From Octopus vulgaris (lineage: Eukaryota): a DNA stretch of 64,000 bases. Position numbers and translations under genes: made by a program. Positions within the stretch are counted from its first letter, which is position 1. Every line of letters begins with the position of its first letter. The notes below the pieces were generated by a model. It was given only the letters and a program-made list of their open reading frames with translations. It was not told where the DNA came from and searched no databases. Where the stretch lies: assembly GCA_951406725.2 (NCBI GenBank), contig OX597824.1:63674001-63738000 (forward strand), read 5' to 3'. Shown here in pieces: positions 1 to 14,613 of this stretch.

Positions 1-2900
1 CTATGCATTGTCAACAGTTTTCGAATTTTTCTGTCAAGCTGACATATTTCAGTAATTGACCAGTTAACGATATTGAAACTGTAAGTCACGACTGGTATGG
101 CTAATGCATTGATCGCTTCGATCCTGTTTCTTGCATCATTCAGCTCTGTCTTGAGTATTGCTCTCACTCTTCGATAACATTCTCTCCTGATCCTTTCCTT
201 CATCTCTGAATGCCTTATTCCGTTCCCTTTAATTACCCCTAGGTACTTGTAGCTCTCCGCTGGGTCTAGTTCTTTTATGATATTCTGCTGGTCAAGGTTA
301 ACGTTAGATGTTTCTGTCATATTTCCTTTGATAAAGGTAGCTTTTGCACATTAATCGAGGCCGAATTGCATTCTGATGTTGTCACTGAATTGTTTGACTA
401 TCGCTAGTAAACCCTTGTGTTGTTGGTCATTTTTTGCAAAAAGCTTCAACTCATCCATGTAAATGAGATGATTTATATTTTTATCAAACATTTTATACCC
501 GTACTGCACGTCATTGAGCAGTTTTGAGAGAGGTATTAAGGCTAAACAAAAGAGGAGTGGTGACAGTGAGTCACCCTGGAAAATGCCACACGAAATATTT
601 ACATCACCAGCATTTAGGGATTCATTGTCACTGTTCAGAGTTAGTGTGGTTCTCCATGATCTCATACTTACAGTCAAAAAGTTTCGCAGAGTAGGTGCTA
701 TTTTATACATTTCCAGGCATTTCCTAATCCAGCTATGTGGTAGGCTATCAAAAGCCTTTTTATAGTCTATCCAGGCTATTGATAAGTTTTTGTGTCGTTT
801 GTGACAATCTTCTAAGATCATCTTATTGATGAGTAGTTGATCTTTACAGCCGTAGGATCCACGTTTACATCCTTTCTGTTCATTAGGGAATATGCTGCTG
901 TCTGTTAAAAAACTATAAGTATATTCCGTCAGGACAGATGTTAGCGTTTTTTGTACATAGTTGTTAAGCAGGTTATGGGTCTACAGTTTTTTGGTTCATT
1001 TGTTTCTTCACTTTTTGGAAGCAGGAATGTTAACCCATTAACTAGCCAAGGAGGCATCCTACTAGGGTGTTGCAAAACATCATTGTACAGTTCTGTTAGC
1101 AGTTCATGGCTCTCTGGGAAGGCATTCAACCAGAAGCTAGGAATTTTATCCTTTCCTGGAGACTTCCATTTGCTTGACCTCCTGAGAGCAGATCTTATAT
1201 CTTCTACCTTGACACCCTCCCACTTTTGCTCTTCTAAGGGGTCCAGTTCTGTAGATATTCTGTCAAATCCAGGGGGCCTTTTCGTTGTGTGTTTTTTCTT
1301 CTGCCCAAACTTTATTCCAAAATCCCTGCACTTCTTCATTTGATGGTACAGACCTTGCAGTAAACGCTGTTTTTCCTATCTTCCTGTAAAAATTCTTGGG
1401 GTTATTTTTGAACATGTTGTTGTCCTTGAACAATCTAACACGCTTTTCATACCTCGCTATGTGGGCAGCTTTGGCAGATACCTTTTGTTTGCTGGTTTCT
1501 ATAGTGGCATCAATATCAAGTATAGTTTTCATATTGTATTTTTTCGGCAATTTTTAGGTTTTTGCAGGTTTGGTAGTCTTGTGAAACTTAAGGTTTTTCA
1601 AATATTCAATGTCAGATCTAAATAGTTTAATTTGTTGTTGCAAACGCTCTTGCCAAGAAGGCTTTTTGTGGGAATGTTGCCGTTTTCTAATCTTTACACC
1701 ACATAGGATCGTTGAGATTTTCGCGGATGCATAAGTATAGGTGGTTGAGATTAGTGATATCAACATCATTAGCTGAAATTATATCCTTAAGTGCAAGCCG
1801 GATTTTACCAATTATTTTCATGTTTTGGTTAGAGTTGCGGATTTTAGGGAGTGTATCACGCTCATCCATGCTGGTTTCTTTAATTTTCAGCCATTCAATC
1901 ATGATTTGATTTTTTAGCTCATGTAATTCTGTTGGGTCAATATTTGTGTGACTTTCTTTATCTATTTGATGTTCATCTGTCTTAGTGTTTATGATTGGTT
2001 CAAGGAGTATTTCACTTTGCCTATCACTTATACAACTCTTTCAATCCTTACTTCGTTTTTATCAGCCCTGGGCTGGTCTATAATTATTTCCTCTGTATTA
2101 TCTTCTCTAGCTGCAGCTTCGTTCATTTTATCCGATATTGCTTGTCTAACTTGATCAATCTCTACTTCAGTCAGTATTTTTTTTTATAATGTTTTTTCTG
2201 ACGTTGGCAAGTTTGTTACTGTCTATGTAGTGTCTTACTTCAGGGTGTTTCTGTCTCCAGTTTAAGTATGTTTGTACAGTGTTAGATTTATCTGTGGGGA
2301 AATATATGGCATGGTAGAAGGCCTCAAGAACTTCTTTATTATCTTCGCTAGACCATTTTTCCTTCTTTTTCTTTTGGTTATTTGGTGACGAGCATGGATG
2401 GCCATCTGTTGGAATATTCCGGTTGTGGGGTACGTCCAGCTCCTGTGTGTTGGGAAGATTTTGATCCAGTCGCTGATTTTTCAATCAGAATTTGGTTCAA
2501 TTTTCGGGTACGTGGTCTTTTGTAATCCGCGCGACGACCAATGCGGTTTATAGTTTGATTTGTTGACGTTGAAGCATGACGAGCTTCCATTCTTATATTA
2601 GGAGATGGATCTGTCAGTTTAGGGTTCTCTACACGTAAGCATTGCTCGTAGCGCAGCTTCTTAAGGCTAGCAGATCTGTATTCGTCTGTATTCTTTTTGT
2701 TGATAGTTTTATCTCCGAACATTTTTTCCTCCTTCTCTTCCTTTTTTCCTCTCTCTTTCTCTTTATCTCCTTCTTCCCCTTTTTCCTTCCTTCTTTTCCC
2801 TTCCTCTTTTAAACTTATAAAAGGCTCTCTCTGCCTGTATTAGTTCAAAATAATGAGAAAAAAATACGGAGAAAGAAAAGAAACAAAAAGGGATCTGTCA
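1..2900 (-). mobile_element. R4/Dong-clade non-LTR retrotransposon, N-terminal region plus RT, disrupted by frameshifts/stops; continues beyond the window start
   Basis: Chained minus-strand ORFs 2378-2722, 2167-2484, 1687-1902, 1554-1769, 1263-1550, 941-1339 and 351-821. Motifs: WKSPGKDKIPSFWL, RPITCL, WIDYKKAFDSLPHSWI, GIFQGDSLSPLLF and YMDELKLF (YMDD altered to YMDE). The 5' end is approximate, placed at the TTA/CAT repeats near 2901. Confidence 0.9.
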
Positions 2901-2901
2901 G

Positions 2902-3030
2902 TTATTATTGTTATTACTATCACCATCACCACCGTCACCATCATCATCATCATCAACGTCACCATCACCATCATCATCATCAATGACATTGTTTTATGTG
3001 TAGTCACAGCCACCATCATCACCACTACTG
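2902..3030. repeat. Degenerate trinucleotide microsatellite (TTA/CAT/CAC)n
   Basis: Seen directly in sequence. Confidence 0.9.
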
Positions 3031-3664
3031 CCATTGTGTAGGGGAATAGTTGGTTAAAGAGGTCATGTTCTATTGGTCTATAAATAGATTCAGCAGATGG
3101 TAGAGACAAAGGACATTAATGGTCAGTAAAAGGTCAAACCTGTTTACATTTTTTTTTTTCTTTCTCTTTTCTTCCTTTCCACATACATATGTATATGTAT
3201 ATGTATACTCACACACACATATTATCTGATGTTCACGTCGATGATTTTTTTTTTATTTCTGAATTCAATGTTATGTATATATTTTTTGAATTTCTGAATT
3301 CAGTTGTATGTATATATTAGCAGGTGCTTACTTCCATAATTTTTTATCGTGCATTTAATTGTGTTGTTACAATAAAAGGCAATTTAAAAGGCAATTTTAC
3401 ACATTCTTATAGTCATGAGAGACGACTAAATGTTCACACAAAATTGGAGATATTTATGTTTCTAATTTTTCTTGTTAAGTGTACGTTTGTATGAGCTGTA
3501 GATATGTAAGTTCCTTAACTTATTTTGAGGGAAATTCAAATTACTCACAGAAAACAGTAGATCTTCCAGTTTTCTACAGTTGTTTTTTTCAGTTGTCCTG
3601 CTGGGTTAGCTGTTGCCAGTTCAGATCATCGGAAAAATACGTCCATCCTCTGTCACGTCCAGCC

Positions 3665-3704
<40 letters not shown>

Positions 3705-3706
<2 letters not shown>

Positions 3707-3820
3707 GAAGGCTGGTGGGTATATCCGCCGAAACTTTGTGTTAACAACAAACACGATGACAAATATCCGTCAATTGTAAATAATGTACGTAATTCCTCAT
3801 CTCTTAAATATAGAACTATA
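3705..3820 (+). ncRNA. 5'-truncated hammerhead-like motif followed by a putative PLE tail
   Basis: ATGAA-ggc(tggtgggtatatcc)gcc-GAAAC-tttgtg: remnant of core CUGAUGA, stem II and GAAA. The 5' part is replaced by (TTA)n. Confidence 0.35.
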
Positions 3821-4233
3821 TTTCAAATTTCTTTAAAGAAAATTTCCTGTTGGTAAACAGGATTTAAATTAATAGAAATAAAACAACTTTCTAGTGTTTA
3901 GGCTGTTTTTTTTAATTTTTGAATCTTCCTTCTCTCTCTGTTACAACGATATCTGCTTTACAAAACTCACCAACGCTGCTGATCTACTCAAATCAATAAT
4001 GGGATCACTACCTTCTCTCAAGCTCCTCAGAAATAGCAGTCAAATCACACCTTACTGTCATAAACTACATCTTACCAGCACAAAAAAATAAGATCACATT
4101 AGCTACCTTAGTCCTAGATGACATCAACCACTTAATAAAGACAGGAGAAGCAAGACTGGAATCCTACCGGTCATTAATATTTTGGATCAGATCAACAACT
4201 AAATATATGCTTCTCCTCTCGCTCTCTCTCTCG

Positions 4234-4302
<69 letters not shown>

Positions 4303-5209
4303 TAACGATATGTAAAGTTATCTAATGTCTAATCTACACCCAACCGAGAACTACAACCACCCAAGCTTATCATTTAATTATTAATGTATAGACTTTCCAA
4401 TGAAGGCCACTCCGTTTATTCAACAGACATACTATATTATTTAAGATCACATTATCTATTTTATCTATTCATTTTTTACGAAGGTATGCTCAATTTTGAG
4501 CTGCACTTACTCTAGGCACCACGCTGTGAAATTGAATTCTAATAGACGTAATTGAGAAGTAAACTTTTTTAACCACAAATCATATATTTTACAAAAAAAT
4601 TTCAGTATGAAATCAGAAGCTTTTAGTTGTTTTTTTTATTTTTATTTTTCCAATTGTATTGAAAAGCATGAATCAAAGTTTTCTATTCACATATGTCTAT
4701 CCAAACTTTTATAAAATCACAATTCACTTTTTCTGAAAGATTTTGAAAATTATTACTCTTTGCCCTCTAATTTCGCTGTCATTAAGCTTTATATAGGTAA
4801 TGTGCCTGAAATAATCTAAACTTATTTGATGACCCTTGATCACCAAGTGTTACGAATTCTCAATTTTGTACAATAATTATAGTAAAGAATTCAATAACTT
4901 TTGGTCAAAAATTCAATAAGGTAATCGTAAGGAATTAGTAATTCGGTTAATATCTCATATGAAGTCTCATGTGAATAGAGACTATAAAAACAGAGTAAGT
5001 CTCCGCAGAGTAAGGAGAAGAATAAAAATGGCGGAAACCAAACAAATCAAAATCTATTGCTTTGTTCGTAAAGTTATATAAAAGCTGGCATTACAATATT
5101 GATAATCGATAATATAATTTATTTCCCATTGAAATTTATAATAAAAGACATTTTCGAACGGAACCTAAATTCACAAGTAAATATATAGTCTTCAAAAATA
5201 AAAAAAAAT

Positions 5210-5265
<56 letters not shown>

Positions 5266-7436
5266 GTATATATATACAGAAGTATCAAATATAACTTTTC
5301 AGTCGCTTAGGTATTTGATATTTGACACCAAGTAAAGAGTAAAAGTGTAATATAGATATTAATCCGTTATAAAGTAGAGGAATTGAAGGATATATAGAAT
5401 ATAAACCTTCATAGCCCCTACATCTAGATATGCATATTCAAGTATGTGTATATGTGTGCTTGTCTGTTTTTGTGAGGGCATGTGCTTGCATGTTTAGACA
5501 GGCAAACACATAGAAAATATATCTACACTTCTTTCCCCCTTAATCCGCTTCTGTAACGGTCTTACTGTGTGTCAAAGAGTGTGTTTGTTTGTGTGTTTGT
5601 GTGTGTGTGTGTGTGTGTAAAACAATTATATCTTGGAAATGTTATTTTCAATATTAATTTCATTTCTCAATACTACAGCTTCTTCTAAAACGTTAAAAGG
5701 ATGCGTAGCCATTGTTATGAGCTGGTCAACGGAATATTTCCACGGCATCTTTTGAAAATCAGTCACTGTCGACTCTTCGTAAGTCTCGGAACACATTCCC
5801 CGCCCTTTTTTTTCCAATATATCTGTTTCTTTTGAGTCTTTCTTTTCTCAGCTACAATGAATTTTATGCACACCGGGTTAATATTTAATGCAGTTCTCTT
5901 ATATTTTGCCGGTTGCCCTTTTAATTATAATTTTTTTTCTTGATTTTTTTCCTGTCTCTCTGCAATATGGTTTCGTCTTGATCGTTGGCCCCTTGGGATT
6001 CTCTTAACTGTCTTACAGATTCTGTTCATTGTTATATTTCTGAGCTTTCTCTCACTGACATACTTCAATTTATATTTTTATTATGTATGTTTTAATGTGT
6101 CATTTTTATTTTCATAAAAGGTAGTTATTAATATATTTTCCGTTACATATGAACTGAATTTTAATACTTGGAGACATCGTACCCTGTATATGTATAAACT
6201 GCCTCTAATATATAAAAATGTCTACTGCTCTTATCAGTCTGTCAATATTAGATTTTTGTTGAAGGCAGCTAGCTTGTAGAATCGTTAGTTTATTAAGCAA
6301 AATGCTTAACAGCGTTTCGCCCGTCTTTCGGCTGTATGTTCCGCTGTATTGCATTGGCAGTTCTAAAAATTCGGTAAAATCGCCAGCATAAAAAGGAAAG
6401 AAGTAGCGAAAGACCTAAGATCTACTGCTAGTGAATTGAAATTGGAAAGAAAGGTGTGGTGATTTTAAAAGTTATGTATAAAAAGTTATTTTAAGGCGTT
6501 GAAATAATTGAGGAAGTAAAGATTCGAAAATATCAAATAGCTGATGATGGATGTAGTGATATCGGAATTATCTATTAATAAATTTAAACTGAATAGATAA
6601 ATACTGATAACGAATGGTTGTTCCCATTGTCTTGGTGGCTTTGCATGTATAATAATTTTAGTTGGTTTTAAGAGTGTTTCTATTGAATATATGTCTCCAG
6701 CTGATTGAGAAATGTTTATTTATAAAACTTAAGACATTTTATAACAATAATTAGTCTTTTGGGGGAAATAAACGTATGAAACAGGCGAAGGGGTATATTT
6801 AGGAGTTAATATTTTCTTGGGATTTACTGGTTTGTAATTCTTTGTGATATTAAAGAACTGTATTCTCTTCTAATACACTATAATATTTCTGCTGATGTCA
6901 CTTCTGAGATCTTACAAACTATTGGCTGATTGTACAAACCAAATTGAAATGCACGGTCTCTCTTTGGTACACAATATTGATATAATTACCATCTGTATTA
7001 TTATATTTCCTAGATAACTCAAGGGTAGATGAGTAAAAATATCAAAACAGTGAGGTCAAATTTAACATGGAATTAGTGACGTTTCATCTTGAATATGTAC
7101 CACCGTTGTCTTTTACTTAAAGGACAGACAATTTCCTAATACTATTCTTAATACTGCTTGACATTTTCTAAATAAGTCATGTAATTCTCACTAAATAATC
7201 TACATATGGGATTGGAAGCAAATTCTAATGGTTCCTATCTGCGACGTGAGATTCCCGTTTCAATGAATACACAAATAGATTGTGTTGGCCGTTAGACGTT
7301 TTTCTATAATTTTGGGAAATGATCCTATTATTCTTGTTCAGGAGTGATTTCTAATAGTTGCTATGCCTTATAAGTGTGATACACAGACACATACACTCAA
7401 GTGCATGTGTGTACAAGCTATATATATAGGGAGCGG

Positions 7437-7482
<46 letters not shown>

Positions 7483-8486
7483 GAAAGAGAAAGTGAGTGG
7501 GAGAGACAAGGAGTGCGATGCATCAGAACAGGAAAGCCAAAGGGGAAGTAATATGCTATATACCGATCGATTTTCTCCTGTTGACCTTTCTAAAACCATT
7601 TCATTATTAACATATTTAGAACGGGTAATTTCAATATATTCTATATTTAGATATGTCAATTTCAAACATTGAGAACTATACTGGGAGAGAAGGCACAAAT
7701 TTAGTTTAACACATATGACTTAACATGCGTTTTTACACAGAATCTATATGCTGTAATGGAATAGAAGCACTTTTAGGAACGACTTGCGCATTATATGAAT
7801 AAACAAATTTACTTGTTAAGACATGGAAATTTTGATGGAATAAATATATTATACATGCGTAGTTCATTCTATACTTAAGAATCCCTTCAAATATGGTGTA
7901 TTCAAACGTTGTGTGTATTGTATTCAGGCGAGGAGAAATGAAACCGATATACATAGTGAATTCCATATGTATGATACTTGTATGCGTACAAACATGCATA
8001 CGTATACTTGTATCTATTCATGAATTTATGTTTGTGTGTATGTATATATATATTATTCAAAGAAATTCCAACTCTGTCTGTTTTTCATGTCTTATTTAAG
8101 TTCTTTATAATATTAATGTAAAATATAGAATATATAGTATAAATAATATATATAGTGTAAAATGAAATGAAGTATCGATTGTCTTATTGAATAGATGGAA
8201 TATTGAATATAAGATATTAAGGAACTAGTATACTTTCTTGCATTATAGCAGTCTTGAATGTCCCAGGTTGTGATAGGAGTGTTTTACATATATATATATA
8301 TATATGTTCTTTCTTTTATTTATTTAGTCCTTTAGTCGAGCAAATCGACCCTGGGACTTATTCTTTGTAAGCCTAGTACTTATTGTATCGGTCTTTTCTG
8401 CCGAACCGCTCGATGATGGGGACGTAAACACACCAGCATCAGTTGTAAAGTGATGTTGGGGGGACAAACGCAGACACACAAACATA

Positions 8487-8539
<53 letters not shown>

Positions 8540-8569
8540 TTTTTGTTTTTGTTTTTTGTTTTTTGTTTT

Positions 8570-9000
8570 TTGTACATCTTTAAATATGAGAACTTTAATA
8601 ATAGGTTTCTTTATATTCAATTGTTTATAGGGTTTATTTTAGATTATATATTGATTATATATAGATTATATATAGATTATATATAGATTATATATATTTA
8701 TATTTTTCATTGATAATTTTATTATTTTAAACTTATATTTTAATATATTGATATTTTAGATCGAAAGTCCACCTGACGAATGTCATTGAAGACATGAAAC
8801 GATTGTAGTGGCGGTTTATTTCTTTATATTAAAAAATTTTTATGTATTGATTAAGTCTTTCCTTGTTTGTTTTGCAAAGTAGTGGTTTTGTCTCGAATTA
8901 TATTATATAATATTTACTATAGAATTGGATTTAATCCTAAATCTGATTTTTCCCTGTAAATTTGGATTTATTCCCTAATATTTATTATTATTATTTTTAT
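8570..9000 (+). mobile_element. AT-rich non-coding insert carrying a hammerhead ribozyme; probable PLE pseudo-LTR/tail
   Basis: Lies between the two halves of the family A SINE, bounded by (TA)n, and contains the canonical hammerhead at 8769-8811. Confidence 0.55.
8769..8811 (+). ncRNA. Minimal type-I hammerhead ribozyme
   Basis: ccac-CTGACGA-atgtc(attgaa)gacat-GAAA-c(gatt)g-TA-gtgg: stem I CCAC/GUGG, canonical core, 5-bp stem II, minimal stem III, GUA cleavage triplet. Confidence 0.8.
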
Positions 9001-9020
9001 ATATACATATATATATACAC

Positions 9021-9087
<67 letters not shown>

Positions 9088-9524
9088 CATACGACGGTCT
9101 TCTTTCAGTTTCCGACTACCTACTCCATTCACAAGGCTTTGGTTGGCCCGTGACTATAGTAGAAGACACTCAACCAAGGTGCCATGCAGTGGGACTGAAT
9201 CGGAAACATGTGGTTGGTAAGCAAGCTACTTACCACACAGTGTATTTATATATGTGTGTGTGCGCATGTGGTGGCGGGGTGGCGATGTAGGTGTGGGGGT
9301 ATGAATGTATATATACGATATATATACATAGGAACTTATATCCCACACATGCTCATATATGAATATATGAATATATATGTATATATATATATATATATGT
9401 GTGTGTATGTATATATTTATGTTTATATGTATATACATGCATGCATTTATTCACACCCTGTAAATCTGATTGGTTATATCGACAATGAATATATGAAGAT
9501 ATTTGCTCTTGGAGTTTCTTAAAA

Positions 9525-9624
<100 letters not shown>

Positions 9625-11490
9625 AAACCATATAAGCATATCTGCCATTGATACATATACATAAGATTCTACACGAATCTGCCATAGAGTCAGGTACATA
9701 CTTCATATGAAGTCATTTATTATTCACACGTTCACTGATTTAGATGACTCGACGGTCATTCACATCAATTCTTGGAACTGTGTTGACTAAAAAGAACTAG
9801 TCACTTTAGTAGCGATCGATTTAAACTTCAACTAAATCATCCACATATATTAAATACATAAAATCACATATGCATTTTTTGTGCGTGGCATGGTTACTCT
9901 TCGCAAATGTTTAGTATAATGGCACTTGGAATGAAAAAGAATTGCATTGTAAATTCTATACCGCTGAAAGCATATTGACACGCTTGGATCTGAAATTTTG
10001 AAAATTAAAAGTGTCTATTTACTTCCTGCACGTCTGTGCATATATACAAAGATATATGTATATAGACATATATACGTACGTATATGTATATACCTATGCA
10101 TACATGTATTCATATACATACATATGTATACATACCCCCCCCCACACACACACATAGGTATGTATAGATAGGTAGATAGATAGATAGATAAAGAGAGAGA
10201 TGTGTGCGTGCGTGTGTATGAATAATGTATGTATATATATGCATTATTAGACTAATTGAGTTTTCTCTCTTAATGGGGAAAGTAGCTATAAATGAAACAT
10301 AATGTTTTTCTTTTGTCGTTTTAAAAATGCCATGAATAATATTTCGTAATAAAGAAACATTTATCTTTGATATAGAGATTTACGCTGTTTCGTCGAATAA
10401 TTTAACAATATTTATTTTCATAACAAACAAATATATAGCAGCTGATGAACTAAATTTAAAATGCAAACATGGCAATAAGATAATAACTTGGTTTTGTAAC
10501 CATCTACATCCAGGTTCAGTCTAACTTCACGCTTCTTCAGACCAGAATCTTGTTGTCTTAATTACAGGAAGTAAAATCACTTGGGAAGTAAAATTGTTAC
10601 ACGGACACAGTCGGGAATCTGATGAGACTAATTTAGATAGACTTAACGAAATATAGGCAAGTAGATGTGAAGAAGTGTGCCATGCAGGTTAGAGAATTAG
10701 GTTGACATTCATACGATCTTGGATTTCATGTCTGGACCGAGCAAGGTGCTATGTCCTTGAACAAGGTACTTCATTTAACGTTGCTGTAGTCTATTCACAT
10801 AAAAATGAATACCAGCTTTTGAGACTGGTGCAAATCTTCCCCCCACACCGCCCTGTTATCATATGCTGATGTTCCACAGGATCAAGTGTGGAAGGAATGG
10901 AGAGGCTGACAGTATGTCTATGTCTGCCTGTGACTCTATTTGCACCTACAACAATTAGCAAAATCATGGTACATGTTATCTGGTTGGACTTGCTCTCGCG
11001 TAACGGTTGTGGGTAAAGTTTGGCACAGGCATTCGGATAAAGTGTCCGGTTTGAGAATAATTTCATATCCTCGTGCTAGTGAAGGAATTGCAACTCACCG
11101 AGAGAGTTGCTCTACCCTCCAAAAATTGCGAACAAATATCTTTCAAATTACATAACTCTGCTTTTTAAAAAGTTGACATACGAAAGAGACAAAAGCTGTG
11201 GCTATCATGATTGGAATAGCTTTAAACCTAGGTCTGCAATTTCAAACCTGAGCTGATGTTAAACAACATTAACCAATGAATCATGGTGTACTATCAACGT
11301 CCCTTTAAGTGCCTAAGACATCCTAGAAATATTCATGTTTATTTGTTACAGCTCCACTTCTGAGCAGTATAAATCATAAATTTACTACCACGACATAAAA
11401 TATTCAAACAAATACTAAAAATAACAATTATAAATGTTAGATTAACGAAATTATATGTACAAGCATAAACAAGTACATTTGCACGCACAC

Positions 11491-11599
<109 letters not shown>

Positions 11600-12222
11600 G
11601 CAAGTTATCAATAGTAACGACGAAATCTTCCAGTCGTCGGAATTGTTTCTTAAACTGTCGGGTCGATGCCGAAGGAAATACTTAAAAGATCGATATAATA
11701 AAACAATTTGTAAAGAAATACATAGATAACTGCGTCAAGAACACCCGTCCTTCCTTCCTTCCCCCCCCCAAAAAAAAGGAACAAAGCAATAAGATTTCGC
11801 TTGATTTCTGTTTTGTTTTTTTAATGAAGAAGAAAATATATCTTCCGAGATCAACAAAATAATATAATTGAAGTCCAAACGAACCGAAAATACATAAAAA
11901 TAATATTACAATCACTCTTACATTGTTAACTGCAGTTTTATTGCTGTGTATATAGGCTGGAATAAGATGTGGATTTATTTATGTTTGAAGTATTCATACT
12001 TTCGTCTTTTGTATGACTTTTTTTCTTCTCTCGATTGTTCTTGTGGTTGTTGTTGTTGTTGTTGTTGTTAACGATGTTCTCGGTAATAACATTTTGCTTT
12101 CGCATTACGTGTGTATCGAGGAAAGGAAGTTAGGTTCCCGTTCTGTTTTAATCTTCCTTTCTTCTTGCATTGCCGATATTGCTTTCTCCTTATCATTTGC
12201 TATGAATATATCTGCATTCAAA

Positions 12223-12660
<438 letters not shown>

Positions 12661-13679
12661 TATGCATGTGTATATATTTGGAGGGACACAAAAATATTAA
12701 AAAAACAATATGCAATGCAATGGAAATAAAACAAATGTAGACTGAAGAAAGATCGATACATCAATCTTTCCACGAATTAGGGTGAACGTATTAGTATTGG
12801 GACGTCGAGTATATAGGAAAGAAAAGGAAAGGAAAAGCAAATCAACTTTACAGGAGGAATTGTATTAGTCAAGTGAACGCATCACAAATAATTGCACACA
12901 AACACACGTATGTATATTCATATATGCATGTGCTTCACTTATATATGTCATCTTTTATTGTTTTCTCTCCTTCCTTTTGTTCTTCCTGTGTTTCCTTTAT
13001 ATTCGCCTTCTCTTATTGCTGATATTTTTGTCCTTCCTGCTCCTGTTGTTGATGTTTCGTTCTCTCATATGTCTAAGTTTGTTCTCGTGTTTTCTATATT
13101 TGTATTTCTTTTGAATTTTTCCGTTTTTCTCTCCACGATTTTTTTTCTTAGTATTTCCTGCTTCGATCTTCACGTCTGGGATATTTTACGGAGAGAAACG
13201 CATCTCTCTCTCTCTCTCTCTCCCTCTCCCTCTCTCTCTTTCTCTCCTTATGTGTGGGGGGTGTATGTATGTATGTATGTATGTATGTATGTGTGTAATC
13301 ACAGCTATGAATTGACTCCAAAGGAGTTGTGACGTTTTATTACTTTTTCTAATTTTATGACAGTGTCTTGTCAATCATGGCAAAATGAACAAAATTGTGA
13401 TATATTTGTAGAACCAACCGATTAGTGGTGACAATGCATAATCGAAAATTTGTACGACCTGTATGACTCCTCTCTTTCTTTCTCACTTCTGACATACTAA
13501 CATATATAACTAAATATATATGGGTGTTTGTATATGTCTGTGTGTGTATGTGTGTATATATATATATGTGAGTGTGTGTGTATGTGTACATGTCTATGTA
13601 TTTATGTATATATGTATATATGTATGTATATCTGTATGTATGTATATATACATATGTGTGTGTGCGTGTGTATGTGTGT

Positions 13680-13803
13680 GGAGGCGTAATGGTCTAGTGG
13701 TTAGGGCGGCGGACTCGCTTTCGTAGGAACGCGGTTTCTATTCCCAGACGGGGCATTGTGAGTGTTTATTGAGCGAAAACACCTAAACCTCCACGATGCT
13801 CCG
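13680..13803 (+). mobile_element. tRNA-derived SINE head (family B)
   Basis: A-box-like TGGTCTAGTGG and B-box-like GGTTTCTATTCC; related to 24760-24970. Confidence 0.65.
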
Positions 13804-14522
13804 ATGTACTTCATAAAAGTACAATTGCATCATTTTCCAGCCAAATCTCCCAGTTTTTAAAAAGTCGCAGTTATTTTTGCGCAAGTTTCTTCATGACTTC
13901 GGGAAAAGATGCCGTTGTCTACATGATTATGCATGCAAAGTTTCTTTTTACCTTTTGTAACATGGTACATCGATGTCTTTTTACAGCGTTATCTAGTTGA
14001 GTGAGTACTCGATAGTGTGAACGAAAACGTTTGTACCATAATAAGGTAGCCTGATTCTTCAAGTGTCAGTTTGTGAATGATTCCATGTGTACGAACAGAT
14101 GTATTTGGAAACTGCGGATTAACTCGTTGTAAATAAAATTAAAATTTAAAAAAATATATAACAGTAAAAGAAGAACGGAGGAGACTAGCAGAGAAGAACT
14201 AGCAATGAAATAATGAGAGAATACTAAAGATAGATAGAAATTGTAATGCAAATGATTTTGTTGAAGGAATAGAAGGAGGCAGAGAGGGAAGGATGTGAAG
14301 CGGAACAGATTAGAAGGAAAATGAAGTTTTGAAGAAAATCGTACGAAACGAAGAAAACGAATGTGAGTGAAATGGATCAAGAAAGAATGCAGAAAAGAGA
14401 AAAGAATTGAAAGATGGAAATGATAGGTAGATAGTGAGTGAGTGAGTGAGTGAGTGAGAGAGAGAGAGAGAGAGAGAAATAGATAGATAATGCATGCATA
14501 CTTATGTTGTGAGATACGTACG

Positions 14523-14613
<91 letters not shown>

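Larger units (their letters stand above)
8325..9240 (-). mobile_element. tRNA-derived SINE (family A), split by (TA)n and a ~430 bp insert
   Basis: Homologous to the + strand copies at 41861-42236 and 63532-63850. Head at 9090-9240, tail at 8325-8485. Confidence 0.75.

Noticed and set aside
5620-6190. Possible Tc1-like remnant ending in ACCCTGTATA
   Set aside because: Only a short terminus-like string; no partner TIR or transposase motif was found.
10619-10660. CTGATGAG...CGAAA hammerhead-like string
   Set aside because: Stem II does not pair beyond one base pair and there is no stem I.
13680-13755. tRNA gene candidates (also 24760, 41861)
   Set aside because: They have A/B boxes but no proper cloverleaf and continue into repeated SINE bodies.
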